From: Fidelibacterota bacterium UBA2980
Lineage (GTDB): Bacteria; Fidelibacterota; Marinisomatia; Marinisomatales; Marinisomataceae
DNA: 36,375 nt
Assembly: GCA_002348725.1 (NCBI GenBank)
Contig: DEAO01000010.1
Coordinates: forward strand, 12,061-48,435
Reading direction: 5' to 3'
Notes under the pieces: generated by a model
Databases searched by the model: none
What the model was told of the DNA's origin: nothing
Seen by the model: the letters and a program-made list of their open reading frames with translations, nothing else
In this document: piece after piece, positions 17,509 through 27,710 of the stretch
How positions within the stretch are numbered: the first letter of the stretch is position 1
How the letters are laid out: every line of letters starts with the position of its first letter
Position numbers and translations under genes: made by a program

Positions 17509-18684
17509 ATGAATTTTTTAAAGAACATATTAAAACAATCAGGAAAATTATTTGAAGAGGGAAAACCTTTATCATGGGCATATCCAGTATGGGAAGCAAC
17601 TGATACTATCTTGTTTTCTACAGACAAACAAACAAGTTCAGGCCCTCATGTAAGGGATAATATGGACATTAAAAGAGTTATGTTTTCTGTAGTAATTGCT
17701 CTAATTCCTTGTTACTTATTTGGAGCTTATAATATTGGCTATTTAAATGCTTTGGCAACTGATGTTTCAAGATCTTTAATTGATAATTTTATTTTTGGGA
17801 TGTCTTATGTGCTACCAGTACTAATTGTAACATTTGTTTCAGGTGCAATTTGCGAACTTTCTTTTGCAATTATTCGTAAACATGAAGTAAATGAAGGTTT
17901 TCTTGTTACTTGCGCATTAATTCCTTTAACAATGCCACCGGATGTTCCTTTGTGGCAAGTATTCATTGGTACTGCATTTGGTATTATAATTGGTAAAGAA
18001 ATTTTTGGTGGAGTAGGCACTAATATTTTTAATCCAGCACTAACAGCTCGAGCTTTTATGTATTTTGCTTTTCCTACTAAAATGTCTGGAGATAAGATAT
18101 GGGCAGTAGGACCTGATGGGTATACTGGAGCAACTGCATTAGCTATACCAGCTAATCCTACTGAATATGATACTGCTTCAAATCTACTTAATCAATCAAC
18201 CCAATTTGATTTTTCTTTATGGAATATGTTTTGGGGTTTAATACCTGGTTCAATAGGGGAAACAAATAAATTAATAATTCTAATTGGTGCGGCTTTTTTA
18301 ATTTATATAGGAATTGCATCTTGGAGAACAATGTTAGCATCAGTTATAGGTCTAGTATTTACTGCATCAATCTTTAATCTTCTTTCTGGTTATTCTACTA
18401 ATGCAATGTTAACAATTACACCATTAGAACATCTTTTAATTGGTAGTTTCTTGTTTGGTGTAGTGTTTATGGCTACTGAGCCAGTTACATCTGCACATAC
18501 AGAAAAAGGAAAATGGATATATGGCTTTATGATAGGAGTTTTAACTGTTCTTATTCGATCAATTAATCCAGCTTATCCGGAAGGCGTAATGCTCGCTATT
18601 CTAATTATGAATATGTTTGGTCCGTTGATAGATTACTATGTTGTGCAATCTAATATAAATATGAGGATTGCTAGAAATGCATAG
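17509..18684 (+). CDS. nqrB: Na+-NQR subunit B
   Basis: Polytopic membrane protein carrying the FMN-attachment motif DGYTGATALA. The ATG directly follows the nqrA TAG. Confidence 0.9.
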   Translation: MNFLKNILKQSGKLFEEGKPLSWAYPVWEATDTILFSTDKQTSSGPHVRDNMDIKRVMFSVVIALIPCYLFGAYNIGYLNALATDVSRSLIDNFIFGMSYVLPVLIVTFVSGAICELSFAIIRKHEVNEGFLVTCALIPLTMPPDVPLWQVFIGTAFGIIIGKEIFGGVGTNIFNPALTARAFMYFAFPTKMSGDKIWAVGPDGYTGATALAIPANPTEYDTASNLLNQSTQFDFSLWNMFWGLIPGSIGETNKLIILIGAAFLIYIGIASWRTMLASVIGLVFTASIFNLLSGYSTNAMLTITPLEHLLIGSFLFGVVFMATEPVTSAHTEKGKWIYGFMIGVLTVLIRSINPAYPEGVMLAILIMNMFGPLIDYYVVQSNINMRIARNA

Positions 18685-19393
18685 TAATCGCTATACATTA
18701 ATTTTTGTTTTTATAGTAACTATTGTTTTAGGAACTATACTTTCTTTTACCAAAGAAAATCTAAGAGAAAGTCAAGAAAACAATCTTAAAGCCGATGTAA
18801 ATAAAACCATTCTTCGTTCACTTGGTTTTTCAGAAAAACAAGGAAGCTCTTGGTCTAATGAAGATGTTGAAAAGATATTTTCTTCTAATGTTGTAGGTCT
18901 ATGTGTTGATCCTCAAGGTAATATCATTGATAACATTGTACTAGAAGAGATTGATATTGAGAAAAATATTGAACAATTACCGGTTTATCTTAGAGTTGTT
19001 GATGGTGAATTTCAAGGAATTGCACTACCAGTTGCAGGGAAGGGATTGTGGTCCACAGTATTTGGTTATATTGCTTTAGAACCAGACCTAAATACAGTTT
19101 TGGGTATCCAATTTTATAAACATGGAGAAACTCCTGGTTTAGGTGGTGAAGTTGAAAAGAAATGGTTTACAAACAATTTTGTTGGTAAAAAAATTAGAAA
19201 TGACAATGATGAAATTATTGGAGTAGAAGTTCTGAAAGGTAAAGTAGATAATAGCAAGAAAGATTCTATACATCAAGTTGATGGAATTTCTGGAGCAACA
19301 GTTACTTCTAAAGGTGTTACTATATTCTTAAAAGATGATTTAAAAAGATATGAAGCATATCTAAATAAGGTTAAAGATAATGGAATTATTTGA
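18677..19393 (+). CDS. nqrC: Na+-NQR subunit C
   Basis: The ATG at 18677 overlaps the nqrB stop (ATGCATAG). There is a single N-terminal TM and the FMN-attachment motif GISGATVTSKG. Confidence 0.9.
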   Translation: MHSNRYTLIFVFIVTIVLGTILSFTKENLRESQENNLKADVNKTILRSLGFSEKQGSSWSNEDVEKIFSSNVVGLCVDPQGNIIDNIVLEEIDIEKNIEQLPVYLRVVDGEFQGIALPVAGKGLWSTVFGYIALEPDLNTVLGIQFYKHGETPGLGGEVEKKWFTNNFVGKKIRNDNDEIIGVEVLKGKVDNSKKDSIHQVDGISGATVTSKGVTIFLKDDLKRYEAYLNKVKDNGII

Positions 19394-20033
19394 TTCAGAA
19401 TCTAAAAAAATTGTTAGCGATCCGCTAAATGTAAACAATCCTATTTCTTTACAAGTTTTAGGTATTTGTTCTGCTTTAGCAGTTACAATAAGATTGGATC
19501 AGGCAATTATTATGACATTTGCTGTAATATTTGTTTTGTGTTCATCTAATGTAGTCATTTCTTTGTTAAGAGACTATATACCTAATAGAGTTAGAATTGT
19601 TATTATGCTTTCAGTAATTGCGTCATTAGTTTCATTTGTTGATGAAGTGCTTCAAGCATATATGTACAACATGAGCAAACAATTATCAGTCTTTGTTGGT
19701 CTTATTGTGACTAATTGTATTATTATGGGCCGTGCTGAGGCATTTGCGATTAAACATGGTCCTTCAAAAGCATTTTTAGATGGCCTAGGAAATGGATTAG
19801 GCTATGGAATGATTATCATCGTTGTATCATTTTTTAGAGAATTATTTGGATCAGGCACTCTTACTTTGCCAGACGGTGGAGCAGGTTATGTATTATTTCA
19901 GATGCCAGATTGGCTGTATGCTGCTGGTTATGAAAATATTGGATTGTTAGTATTGTCGCCAGGAGCATTTTTTATACTAGGTTTTGTTATCTGGATGCAA
20001 AGAGAAATGGTTGGACTTGAGGAGGAAGAATAA
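19380..20033 (+). CDS. nqrD: Na+-NQR subunit D
   Basis: Conserved Cys motifs LGICSALAVT and VTNCIIMGRAEAFA in a six-TM protein. Confidence 0.9.
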   Translation: MELFDSESKKIVSDPLNVNNPISLQVLGICSALAVTIRLDQAIIMTFAVIFVLCSSNVVISLLRDYIPNRVRIVIMLSVIASLVSFVDEVLQAYMYNMSKQLSVFVGLIVTNCIIMGRAEAFAIKHGPSKAFLDGLGNGLGYGMIIIVVSFFRELFGSGTLTLPDGGAGYVLFQMPDWLYAAGYENIGLLVLSPGAFFILGFVIWMQREMVGLEEEE

Positions 20034-20662
20034 TGGGCCTTGAACATTATCTTAGTATTTTTACAAAAGCTGTTTTTATTGAAAATATGGTTTTAGCATA
20101 TTTTTTAGGCCTATGTTCATTTTTAGCTATATCTAAGAAAATTGATGCTGCAGCTGGAATTGGAATGGCAGTAGTAGTTGTTTTGACTATCACAGCTCCA
20201 ATTAATTGGTTCATTTATGAGTTCTTATTAGGAAAAGGAGCTTTACAATGGATCAATCCTGATAATCCTAAATTTGCTGAAATTGATTTAAGCTTTTTGA
20301 AACTTATTGTATTTATATCTGTTATTGCAGCAGCAGTTCAGTTGACTGAAATGTTTTTAGAGAGATTTTCACAATCACTTTATAATAGTTTAGGAATATT
20401 TCTTCCATTAATTGCTGTAAACTGTTCTATTCTTGGAGGCTCTATGTTTATGGTAGAGAGAGAATATTTTTTATTAGAAACAATGGTTTATGGTTTTGGT
20501 TCTGGAGTTGGGTTTTTATTAGCAATTTTAGCTCTGGCATCTGTTAGATATAGACTGCGATATTCCAATATACCGCCAAGATTAAGAGGCGTTGGTATGG
20601 CAATGATTTTAACAGGATTGTTATCTATGGCTTTTATGGCTTTTTCTGGGATTGATTTATGA
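20033..20662 (+). CDS. nqrE: Na+-NQR subunit E
   Basis: TAATG coupling to nqrD. Conserved Cys motifs LGLCSFLAIS and AVNCSILGG. Confidence 0.9.
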   Translation: MGLEHYLSIFTKAVFIENMVLAYFLGLCSFLAISKKIDAAAGIGMAVVVVLTITAPINWFIYEFLLGKGALQWINPDNPKFAEIDLSFLKLIVFISVIAAAVQLTEMFLERFSQSLYNSLGIFLPLIAVNCSILGGSMFMVEREYFLLETMVYGFGSGVGFLLAILALASVRYRLRYSNIPPRLRGVGMAMILTGLLSMAFMAFSGIDL

Positions 20663-21897
20663 GCGATTTTGCTATCACAGTGTTGTTAGCTATTACAGTT
20701 TTTACATCTGTAATATTATTATTAGTAATTGTTCTTAATGTCCTTTCAAATTTTCTACTGCCCCAAGGAGAAGTTGATATCATTATTAATGATGATCCAA
20801 GTAAATCATTAAAAGTTCAAACAGGGTCTACTGTGTTATCAGCATTATCTTCTCAAAATGTATATCTTCCATCTGCATGTGGAGGGCAAGGAACTTGCGC
20901 TCAATGTAAATGTCAAGTTGTTGAGGGAGGAGGAGAAATCTTAACAACTGAGAAAGCTTATATTAGCAGAAAAGACCAGAAAGATCACTGGAGATTAGGA
21001 TGTCAGGTTAAAATTAGAGATAATATGAAAATTAAAGTTCCTGATGAAATTTTTAGTATTCGAAAATGGGATGCAGTAGTTAAATCTAATGATAATGTTG
21101 CAACTTTTATTAAAGAATTAATTCTTGAATTACCTGCAGATGACCCTATTCTCTTTGAATCTGGTGGTTATATTCAAATTGATGTTCCTAAATATAAAGA
21201 TCTCGACTATAAAAGTTTTGATATTGGTGAAGAGTATAGAGATGATTGGGATAAATTTGATGTTTGGCAATACAAGGCAGATAATCCTGAGCCAGTTTTT
21301 AGAGCATATTCAATGGCAAATCATCCAGCTGAAGGTAATATGATCATGTTAAACATTCGTATTGCAAGTCCGCCTCCAGACAATCCAAATGTCCCTCCAG
21401 GAATTGCTTCTTCTTATACTTTTAATTTGAAAGCTGGTGATAAAGTAACAGTGTCTGGTCCTTATGGTGAATTTTATATTAAAGATTCAGATCGTGAGAT
21501 GGTATATATCGGTGGAGGAGCAGGAATGGCTCCTTTAAGATCACATATATTTCATTTACTAAAGACAGAAAAGTCAAAACGAAAAATATCTTTCTGGTAT
21601 GGCGCACGATCTGTAAAAGAAATGTTCTATGATGATGAGTTTAAAGCTCTAGCTGAAGAATTTGATAACTTTACTTATCAAGTAGCACTCTCTGATCCTC
21701 TCCCTGAGGATAATTGGGATGGTCCTACTGGGTTTATCCATCAGGTTGCTCATGATATGCATCTTGAAAATCATGAAGATCCTACCGAATGCGAATATTA
21801 TCTTTGTGGCCCACCTATGATGATTAGCGCAGTACAAAAAATGCTTTGGGATCTTGGGGTTGAGGAAGAAATGATCGATTACGATGATTTTGGGTAA
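20659..21897 (+). CDS. nqrF: Na+-NQR subunit F
   Basis: ATGA overlap with nqrE. There is an N-terminal TM, the 2Fe-2S motif CGGQGTCAQCKC, the FAD motif RAYSMAN and the NADH motif GGGAGMAP. Confidence 0.95.
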   Translation: MSDFAITVLLAITVFTSVILLLVIVLNVLSNFLLPQGEVDIIINDDPSKSLKVQTGSTVLSALSSQNVYLPSACGGQGTCAQCKCQVVEGGGEILTTEKAYISRKDQKDHWRLGCQVKIRDNMKIKVPDEIFSIRKWDAVVKSNDNVATFIKELILELPADDPILFESGGYIQIDVPKYKDLDYKSFDIGEEYRDDWDKFDVWQYKADNPEPVFRAYSMANHPAEGNMIMLNIRIASPPPDNPNVPPGIASSYTFNLKAGDKVTVSGPYGEFYIKDSDREMVYIGGGAGMAPLRSHIFHLLKTEKSKRKISFWYGARSVKEMFYDDEFKALAEEFDNFTYQVALSDPLPEDNWDGPTGFIHQVAHDMHLENHEDPTECEYYLCGPPMMISAVQKMLWDLGVEEEMIDYDDFG

Positions 21898-22897
21898 AAA
21901 ATTTATTCTTCTTGAAATTCTTTTCTGGTTTTCTTTGATAGTATCTGTATTTTTAATTTACCAATCGAATAATGAGCAAAAAATAATCTCCATCAATGGA
22001 GAAACTATGGGGTCTACTTATTCTGTAAAATATCTATCAGGTGATGATTCAGAGATCAAAAATAAAAAAATAATTGATGATATATTAACAGATATCAATC
22101 AGCAAATGTCCCATTATATTACGGACAGCGAAATTTCTATGTTTAATTCATTAAATGATACTATATGGTTTGATATATCTGAAGAATTTGCATATGTAGT
22201 TTCTTCTTCTTACAAATACCACAATATTTCTAATGGTTTGTATGATATTACTGTCATGCCTTTAGTGAATTTATGGGGATTTGGGCCAGAAGATTTTTCA
22301 AATCCTCCAAATCAAACAGATATTGATAGTGTTTTAAGTTTTGTAGGACAAGATTTGATTGAAATAAGTAAAGATAAGATTAGAAAAAAAGATCCGAGAG
22401 TTCAAATTGATTTAAGTTCTATTGCTAAAGGGTATGCAGTTGATAAAATTATTGAATATTTGAATTATGAAGACATTATGGTTGAGATTGGAGGAGAAGT
22501 TAGAGTTAGATCTAAAAACAAGGTTTGGAAAATTGGGATTAACACTCCGTCAATAGAAAATTTTAATAATGATATAGAACATATCGTTACTCTTGATAAT
22601 AGTTCGCTAGCGACATCAGGTAATTACAGAAATTTTTATATTAATGAAAATAATTTTTATCATCATGAAATTAGTCCATTGTCAGGTTATCCAATTAAAT
22701 CTAATTTGGGATCTATATCTGTTCTGGCAGCGACATCATGCATGGAAGCGGACGGCCTATCAACGGCATTATATATGATGAGTATGGACGAAATAACTAA
22801 TTTTTTTAATAATTCTGATTTTGAAGGATTAATGATCGTTGCAAATGAAGATAATTCCTTTGATAAGATTTTTTCAGAAAACTTTCCAAAAGACTAA
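21884..22897 (+). CDS. apbE: FAD:protein FMN transferase (flavinylates NqrB and NqrC)
   Basis: Overlaps nqrF by 14 nt. It has an N-terminal anchor. ApbE-like segments include GETMGSTYSV, IAKGYAVD, ATSGNYRNFY and MEADGLSTAL. Confidence 0.85.
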   Translation: MILGKKFILLEILFWFSLIVSVFLIYQSNNEQKIISINGETMGSTYSVKYLSGDDSEIKNKKIIDDILTDINQQMSHYITDSEISMFNSLNDTIWFDISEEFAYVVSSSYKYHNISNGLYDITVMPLVNLWGFGPEDFSNPPNQTDIDSVLSFVGQDLIEISKDKIRKKDPRVQIDLSSIAKGYAVDKIIEYLNYEDIMVEIGGEVRVRSKNKVWKIGINTPSIENFNNDIEHIVTLDNSSLATSGNYRNFYINENNFYHHEISPLSGYPIKSNLGSISVLAATSCMEADGLSTALYMMSMDEITNFFNNSDFEGLMIVANEDNSFDKIFSENFPKD

Positions 22898-23055
22898 GTA
22901 GGCTCTTCGCATTTATCTGTATCACCACCGCAAATTTCACATCCATCAGGTGAACTTCCACATCCTTTTTGCAATGGTTTGTCCTTAATAATGAGCCCAA
23001 TATTCATTATTAAAAAGCAAAAGATTAGAATGCCAATAACTATTAAGTATTCCAT
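22894..23055 (-). CDS. nqrM: 53-aa single-TM protein with a four-Cys tail, a candidate NqrM-like Na+-NQR maturation factor
   Basis: Not in the ORF track. My reverse-strand translation is MEYLIVIGILIFCFLIMNIGLIIKDKPLQKGCGSSPDGCEICGGDTDKCEEPT. Its stop (CTA at 22894..22896) overlaps the apbE TAA. The TM plus four-Cys layout and the position next to apbE fit NqrM (DUF539). A FeoB-associated Cys-rich membrane peptide is the alternative. Confidence 0.5.
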   Translation of the reverse strand: MEYLIVIGILIFCFLIMNIGLIIKDKPLQKGCGSSPDGCEICGGDTDKCEEPT

Positions 23056-23122
23056 TATTTAAATTTAAAATATTTCTTCGATTTTCATAAGTTTTTATGT
23101 CTCTTTATTATAAATTACTCGC

Positions 23123-24451
23123 ATGGAATTAATACTTCATCCAGTTGGATATATAAGTCTGTTTGTTTTTATTTTGGCATATGCCTTTGTTATGACAGAA
23201 GAGGTTACGCATTTGAGAAAATCAAAACCTGTTTTGTTTGCTGCAGGATTCATATGGGCAATGATAGCATGGATGGGTTCAAAATATGATGATTCTCATC
23301 ATGTTGAGGAAGCGATTATGCATGCATTCTCTGAATTTTCTCAATTAATGCTTTTTCTGCTGGTTGCAATGACATTTATTAACTCAATGACTGAAAGAAA
23401 CGTATTCAATAAATTGAGATCTAGATTGCTTGCGCAAGATTATAGTTATAGAACATTATTTTGGGTCACTGGTGTTATTACTTTCTTTTTATCACCGATA
23501 GCAGACAATTTGACAACTGCCTTAGTAATGTGTGCTGTTGTTATGGCCGTTGGTGGCAAAAATAAAAACTTTGTTAGTATAGGTTGTGTTAATATAGTTG
23601 TAGCAGCAAATGCAGGTGGAGCATTTAGTCCATTTGGGGATATTACTACTTTAATGGTTTGGCAAGCTGATAGAGTAGAATTTGTTCAGTTTTTCTGGTT
23701 GTTTCTTCCTTCAGTAGTGAATTATATCATTCCTGCATTTATTATGAGTTTATTTATTGATGGATCATCAAAAGATGTAGCAAATCCGCCTGTTCAGTTA
23801 AAGCGCGGTGCAAAAACTATTGTCCTTCTTTTTCTTGTTACAATATTTTTGGCAGTAACATTTGAGAATTTTCTTCATATCCCTCCTGTGTTTGGAATGA
23901 TGACTGGATTGAGTTTACTTCAATTATTTGGGTATTATTTAAAGACAACATACAAATCTTCAACAGTAATAAGCAGAGAGGGCGATGATCAACCATTTGG
24001 TGTTTTTAAACAAATTGCTCAAGCAGAGTGGGATACATTATTATTTTTCTATGGAGTGATAATGTGCGTATCTGGGTTATCATATATTGGATATTTAGGG
24101 CTATTATCTGATACAATATATCCATCAGATCCAAATCAACTAATTGGTTTTTCTATTGCTAACTCTTTAATGGGTATCCTTTCAGCTCTTATTGATAACA
24201 TACCTGTAATGTTTTCTATTTTGCAGATGCACAATAATGAAACAATGGTATTATCTCAATGGTTGTTAATTACACTTACAACAGGTGTTGGCGGAAGCTT
24301 ACTATCAATTGGTTCTGCTCCAGGGGTTGCTTTAATGGGTCAAGCTAGAGGAATGTATACTTTTTATAGCCATCTAAAATGGGCACCCGTTATTTTTATA
24401 GGCTATGTTGCAAGCATATTGGTTCATCTTTTAATTTGGAATATCATTTAA
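23123..24451 (+). CDS. nhaD: NhaD-type Na+/H+ antiporter (ArsB/NhaD permease superfamily)
   Basis: 442-aa polytopic membrane protein. The N-terminal FVMTEEVTHLRKSKPVLFAAGFIW and the NAGGAFSPFGDITTLMVW segments resemble NhaD-family antiporters as I recall them. Subfamily assignment is uncertain. Confidence 0.6.
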   Translation: MELILHPVGYISLFVFILAYAFVMTEEVTHLRKSKPVLFAAGFIWAMIAWMGSKYDDSHHVEEAIMHAFSEFSQLMLFLLVAMTFINSMTERNVFNKLRSRLLAQDYSYRTLFWVTGVITFFLSPIADNLTTALVMCAVVMAVGGKNKNFVSIGCVNIVVAANAGGAFSPFGDITTLMVWQADRVEFVQFFWLFLPSVVNYIIPAFIMSLFIDGSSKDVANPPVQLKRGAKTIVLLFLVTIFLAVTFENFLHIPPVFGMMTGLSLLQLFGYYLKTTYKSSTVISREGDDQPFGVFKQIAQAEWDTLLFFYGVIMCVSGLSYIGYLGLLSDTIYPSDPNQLIGFSIANSLMGILSALIDNIPVMFSILQMHNNETMVLSQWLLITLTTGVGGSLLSIGSAPGVALMGQARGMYTFYSHLKWAPVIFIGYVASILVHLLIWNII

Positions 24452-24990
24452 TGCGTATTAGTAAAGTTGTAACTCGCAACGGAGATAAAGGTCAAACCAA
24501 TCTTGCTCAAGGGGATTTAGTTTCTAAGAATGAACCTATTATTAATGCTATTGGTGACGTTGATGAATTAAATAGTGTTTTAGGTGTTTGTAATTCTTTT
24601 TGTAGTAATGATGCGATTGTAAAAGATATCAAAACTATACAAAATGATTTATTTAATATTGGAGGTGAGATCTCATTAAATGATTCAGAGAAAAAACTTC
24701 TTAAAGATGAATCATTATTATTTCTTGATAATAAAATTGATGATATGAATAATGTTCTTGAACCTTTAAAAGAATTTATACTTCCAGGAGGTGATTCATT
24801 TTCTTCAAATTTACATTTAGCTAGATCTGTAGCCAGAAGAGCAGAGAGAAGTGTTGTTGAATTATATGTTGGAAAATTAGAAAATAACAATATTGTTAAA
24901 TATCTCAATAGATTGTCTGATTATTTATTTGTTTTGTCCCGATTTTATAATAAAAATAATAACATCGATGAAAATATGTGGGAAAAGTGA
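24451..24990 (+). CDS. pduO: ATP:cob(I)alamin adenosyltransferase, PduO type
   Basis: The ATG at 24451 shares one nt with the nhaD TAA. The N-terminus, MRISKVVTRNGDKGQTNL, is typical, as are LARSVARRAERS and YLNRLSDYLFVL. The track's upstream start at 24379 lies inside nhaD. Confidence 0.8.
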   Translation: MRISKVVTRNGDKGQTNLAQGDLVSKNEPIINAIGDVDELNSVLGVCNSFCSNDAIVKDIKTIQNDLFNIGGEISLNDSEKKLLKDESLLFLDNKIDDMNNVLEPLKEFILPGGDSFSSNLHLARSVARRAERSVVELYVGKLENNNIVKYLNRLSDYLFVLSRFYNKNNNIDENMWEK

Positions 24991-25988
24991 ATTATTCAAA
25001 AATAGAACAAATTATTTCTGAAAATGAAAAAATATTTATTTCTACTCATATAAATCCTGATGGGGATAGCCTAGGATCTGCGTTTGCTATGTATCATTAT
25101 TTGAAGAAGCTAGGAAAAGATTGTCGAATCATTAACCATTCTGAAGTTCCACTTGTTTATAGTTTTTTAAATGAAAAAGAAATTTTTAATGAGATTAGCG
25201 ATGAAAATATAGCTTTTATTAAAAATGCTGATTTAGGAATTATTCTAGATATTGGTGATTTTTATAGATTAGGTGAAGTTGCAAATATCATAGAGTCTAC
25301 TACGGTTGAGACAATTAATATTGATCATCACCCTCTTACAGAGAATGATTTTTTTACACATAATTTCATTAATTTAGATGCTTCTTCAGTTGGAGAAATT
25401 CTCTATTCATATTTTTCTAGTTTAGGCAGTGATATAATAGATAAAGAAATGATGTTAGGAATCTATTCTGCTGTACTGACTGATACAGGATCATTTAGAT
25501 TTAGTAATACAAATCAATTAAGTCATGAAATTGCGGTTGATGCAATAAAAATGGGAATCAATATTTCAGAGATTTATCAAAATATATATGAAAACTCTTC
25601 TGTAAGCAGAATCAAACTTCTTGGGAATGTAATTCAGAAATTAAACTTTGATTGTAATGGTGAATTATTGTGGTTTTCATTAAACAATGACATGGTAAAA
25701 GAGGTAGATGGAACAAACCAAGATTTTGATGGATTTACTGATTTTTTTAGAGGAATTCAAGGTGTTGAGATTGCATTAATGCTTTATGATTTAAAAGGGA
25801 AAGTAAGATTGAGTTTTAGATCAAAAGGAAAATACAAAGTTAATAATGTTGCAAAAAAAATGGGAGGTGGAGGCCACCCTTTTGCAGCAGCAGCCTTAGT
25901 AGATGGAGAATTCTCTGATGTAAAATCAACAGTTTTAGGATTATTATCAACTTATATCAATAATTACGATGAAGATACTTCTAGCTAA
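24978..25988 (+). CDS. nrnA: DHH/DHHA1 phosphoesterase, NrnA-type oligoribonuclease / pAp phosphatase
   Basis: Motifs: HINPDGDSLGS, NIDHHP, TDTGSFRFSNT and GGGGHPFAAAA. Both candidate starts are GTG, at 24978 or at 24987; the latter forms a GTGA overlap with the pduO stop. Confidence 0.8.
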   Translation: MGKVNYSKIEQIISENEKIFISTHINPDGDSLGSAFAMYHYLKKLGKDCRIINHSEVPLVYSFLNEKEIFNEISDENIAFIKNADLGIILDIGDFYRLGEVANIIESTTVETINIDHHPLTENDFFTHNFINLDASSVGEILYSYFSSLGSDIIDKEMMLGIYSAVLTDTGSFRFSNTNQLSHEIAVDAIKMGINISEIYQNIYENSSVSRIKLLGNVIQKLNFDCNGELLWFSLNNDMVKEVDGTNQDFDGFTDFFRGIQGVEIALMLYDLKGKVRLSFRSKGKYKVNNVAKKMGGGGHPFAAAALVDGEFSDVKSTVLGLLSTYINNYDEDTSS

Positions 25989-26835
25989 AGACGCAGGATA
26001 CTGTTTTGGTGTTCGAGATGCCGTAGATATGGCTTATGATACGAGCAATGAATATGGCGAAGTATATATGTTGGGTGATATAGTACATAATGAAAGTGTA
26101 GTTGAAGACTTAGAAAAAACTGGGGTAAAAGTTGTTTCTAATCTCAATGATATTCCAGATGATAAACCTGTATTATTTAGAGCACATGGAACTTCAAAAG
26201 ATATATGGAAAGATGCTGAAGGTAAAAAAATGAATATTATTGATGCAACCTGTCCTTTGGTTCACGAAATACACAGAGAAGTAAAGCAATTGCATCAAGA
26301 AGGAAGAAAAATTATTATTATTGGTGATCATGGACATGATGAAGTTGTTGGAATTGCAAGTCAAGTAGAGGATGCGATAGTAATATCAACCGTTGAAGAA
26401 GCTGAACAGCTAAGAAAAACAAAGAAAGCAGGAATTGTAAGCCAATCCACTCAGAAGATTGAGAATGTTCAAGATATTATTAATATTTTAATGACAAAAG
26501 TTTTTGATTTACGATTTGTTAATACAATTTGTTTTCCTACAAAACGTAATCATGAACAAATTAAAGAATTATCAGAAATAGTAGATTTAATGATTGTCAT
26601 TGGTTCATTTACTAGTGCTAATTCCAAAAGATTAACAGAACTGAGCCTTGAAAGAAATAAGAACACTTATCAAGTTACTAATGCAACAGAAATTGATGTA
26701 TCTTGGTTTAAAAAGAATATAAATTCCGTAGGTGTTTCTGCTGGTGCTTCAACACCAGATTTGATAATCGATTCGGTTATAAAAAGAATAAAGGATATAA
26801 CAAATACCACTGATAAGGAAATAATTTATGAGTGA
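25969..26835 (+). CDS. ispH: 4-hydroxy-3-methylbut-2-enyl diphosphate reductase
   Basis: The three cluster cysteines sit in typical contexts ([21 protein letters not shown]). Also SANSKRL. Confidence 0.9.
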   Translation: MKILLAKDAGYCFGVRDAVDMAYDTSNEYGEVYMLGDIVHNESVVEDLEKTGVKVVSNLNDIPDDKPVLFRAHGTSKDIWKDAEGKKMNIIDATCPLVHEIHREVKQLHQEGRKIIIIGDHGHDEVVGIASQVEDAIVISTVEEAEQLRKTKKAGIVSQSTQKIENVQDIINILMTKVFDLRFVNTICFPTKRNHEQIKELSEIVDLMIVIGSFTSANSKRLTELSLERNKNTYQVTNATEIDVSWFKKNINSVGVSAGASTPDLIIDSVIKRIKDITNTTDKEIIYE

Positions 26836-27709
26836 TAATAACTTTAAAGTGAAAGTTGGTTTAGCTGAAATGTTGAAAGGTGGCGTTATCATGGATGTCA
26901 CTAATGTTGAGCAGGCAAAAATTGCTGAAGAATCAGGTGCGGCTTCTGTTATGGCTCTTGAAAGGATTCCAGCAGACATTCGTGCTGATGGAGGAGTTTC
27001 TAGAATGAGCAATCCTCACATGATTAAAGAAATTCAAGATGCTGTATCAATTCCTGTAATGGCAAAATGCCGTATTGGACATTTTGCTGAAGCACAAGTT
27101 CTTCAAGCTCTTGAAGTAGATTTTATAGATGAAAGTGAAGTGTTAACTCCAGCTGATGAAGAGCATCATATTTATAAACATCCATTTAAAGCTCCATTTG
27201 TATGTGGAGCTAGAAATCTTGGTGAAGCATTAAGACGCATTCATGAAGGAGCTGCTATGATTAGAACAAAAGGTGAAGCTGGAAGTGGAAATATTGTTGA
27301 GGCAGTTAGACATATGAAGATGATAGTTTCTGAAATTGAGGAAATAAAAAATTGCAATGAAAAAATACTAAAAGAAAAATCAGAAGAAATGAGAGTTCCT
27401 ATCGAATTAGTTAAATATGTTTCAGACAATGGAAAAATTCCTGTTCCTAATTTTGCAGCAGGAGGAATTGCAACACCTGCTGACGCTTCATTAATGATGC
27501 AATTAGGAGCTGAATCAGTTTTTGTTGGATCTGGAATATTTAAAAGTGAAGATCCAAAAGAAAGAGCATATGCTATTGTTGAAGCAGTAACTAATTTTGA
27601 TAATCCAAAAGAAATTTTAACTGCCTCTTATAAATTAAAAGATGCTATGAAAGGTCTCGAAATTTCAGAAATACCTGAAGAACAATTGTTGCAAAAAAGA
27701 GGAGACTAA
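26828..27709 (+). CDS. pdxS: Pyridoxal 5'-phosphate synthase, lyase subunit
   Basis: Motifs: [34 protein letters not shown] and [12 protein letters not shown]. Confidence 0.95.
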   Translation: MSDNNFKVKVGLAEMLKGGVIMDVTNVEQAKIAEESGAASVMALERIPADIRADGGVSRMSNPHMIKEIQDAVSIPVMAKCRIGHFAEAQVLQALEVDFIDESEVLTPADEEHHIYKHPFKAPFVCGARNLGEALRRIHEGAAMIRTKGEAGSGNIVEAVRHMKMIVSEIEEIKNCNEKILKEKSEEMRVPIELVKYVSDNGKIPVPNFAAGGIATPADASLMMQLGAESVFVGSGIFKSEDPKERAYAIVEAVTNFDNPKEILTASYKLKDAMKGLEISEIPEEQLLQKRGD

Positions 27710-27710
27710 A

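Noticed and set aside
22806-23000. 64-aa reverse-strand ORF from the track overlapping the apbE 3' end
   Set aside because: It overlaps the apbE coding sequence by about 90 nt and has no TM or motif content. It is in a different frame from the TM plus four-Cys ORF (22894..23055), which has a sensible start, stop and architecture.
23056-23122. Small ORF or regulatory RNA in the nqrM-like/nhaD divergent spacer
   Set aside because: The only + strand ATG there gives an 11-codon ORF that overlaps the nhaD start in another frame. The 67-nt AT-rich spacer is best explained as a bidirectional promoter region. I could not pick out convincing -35/-10 pairs.
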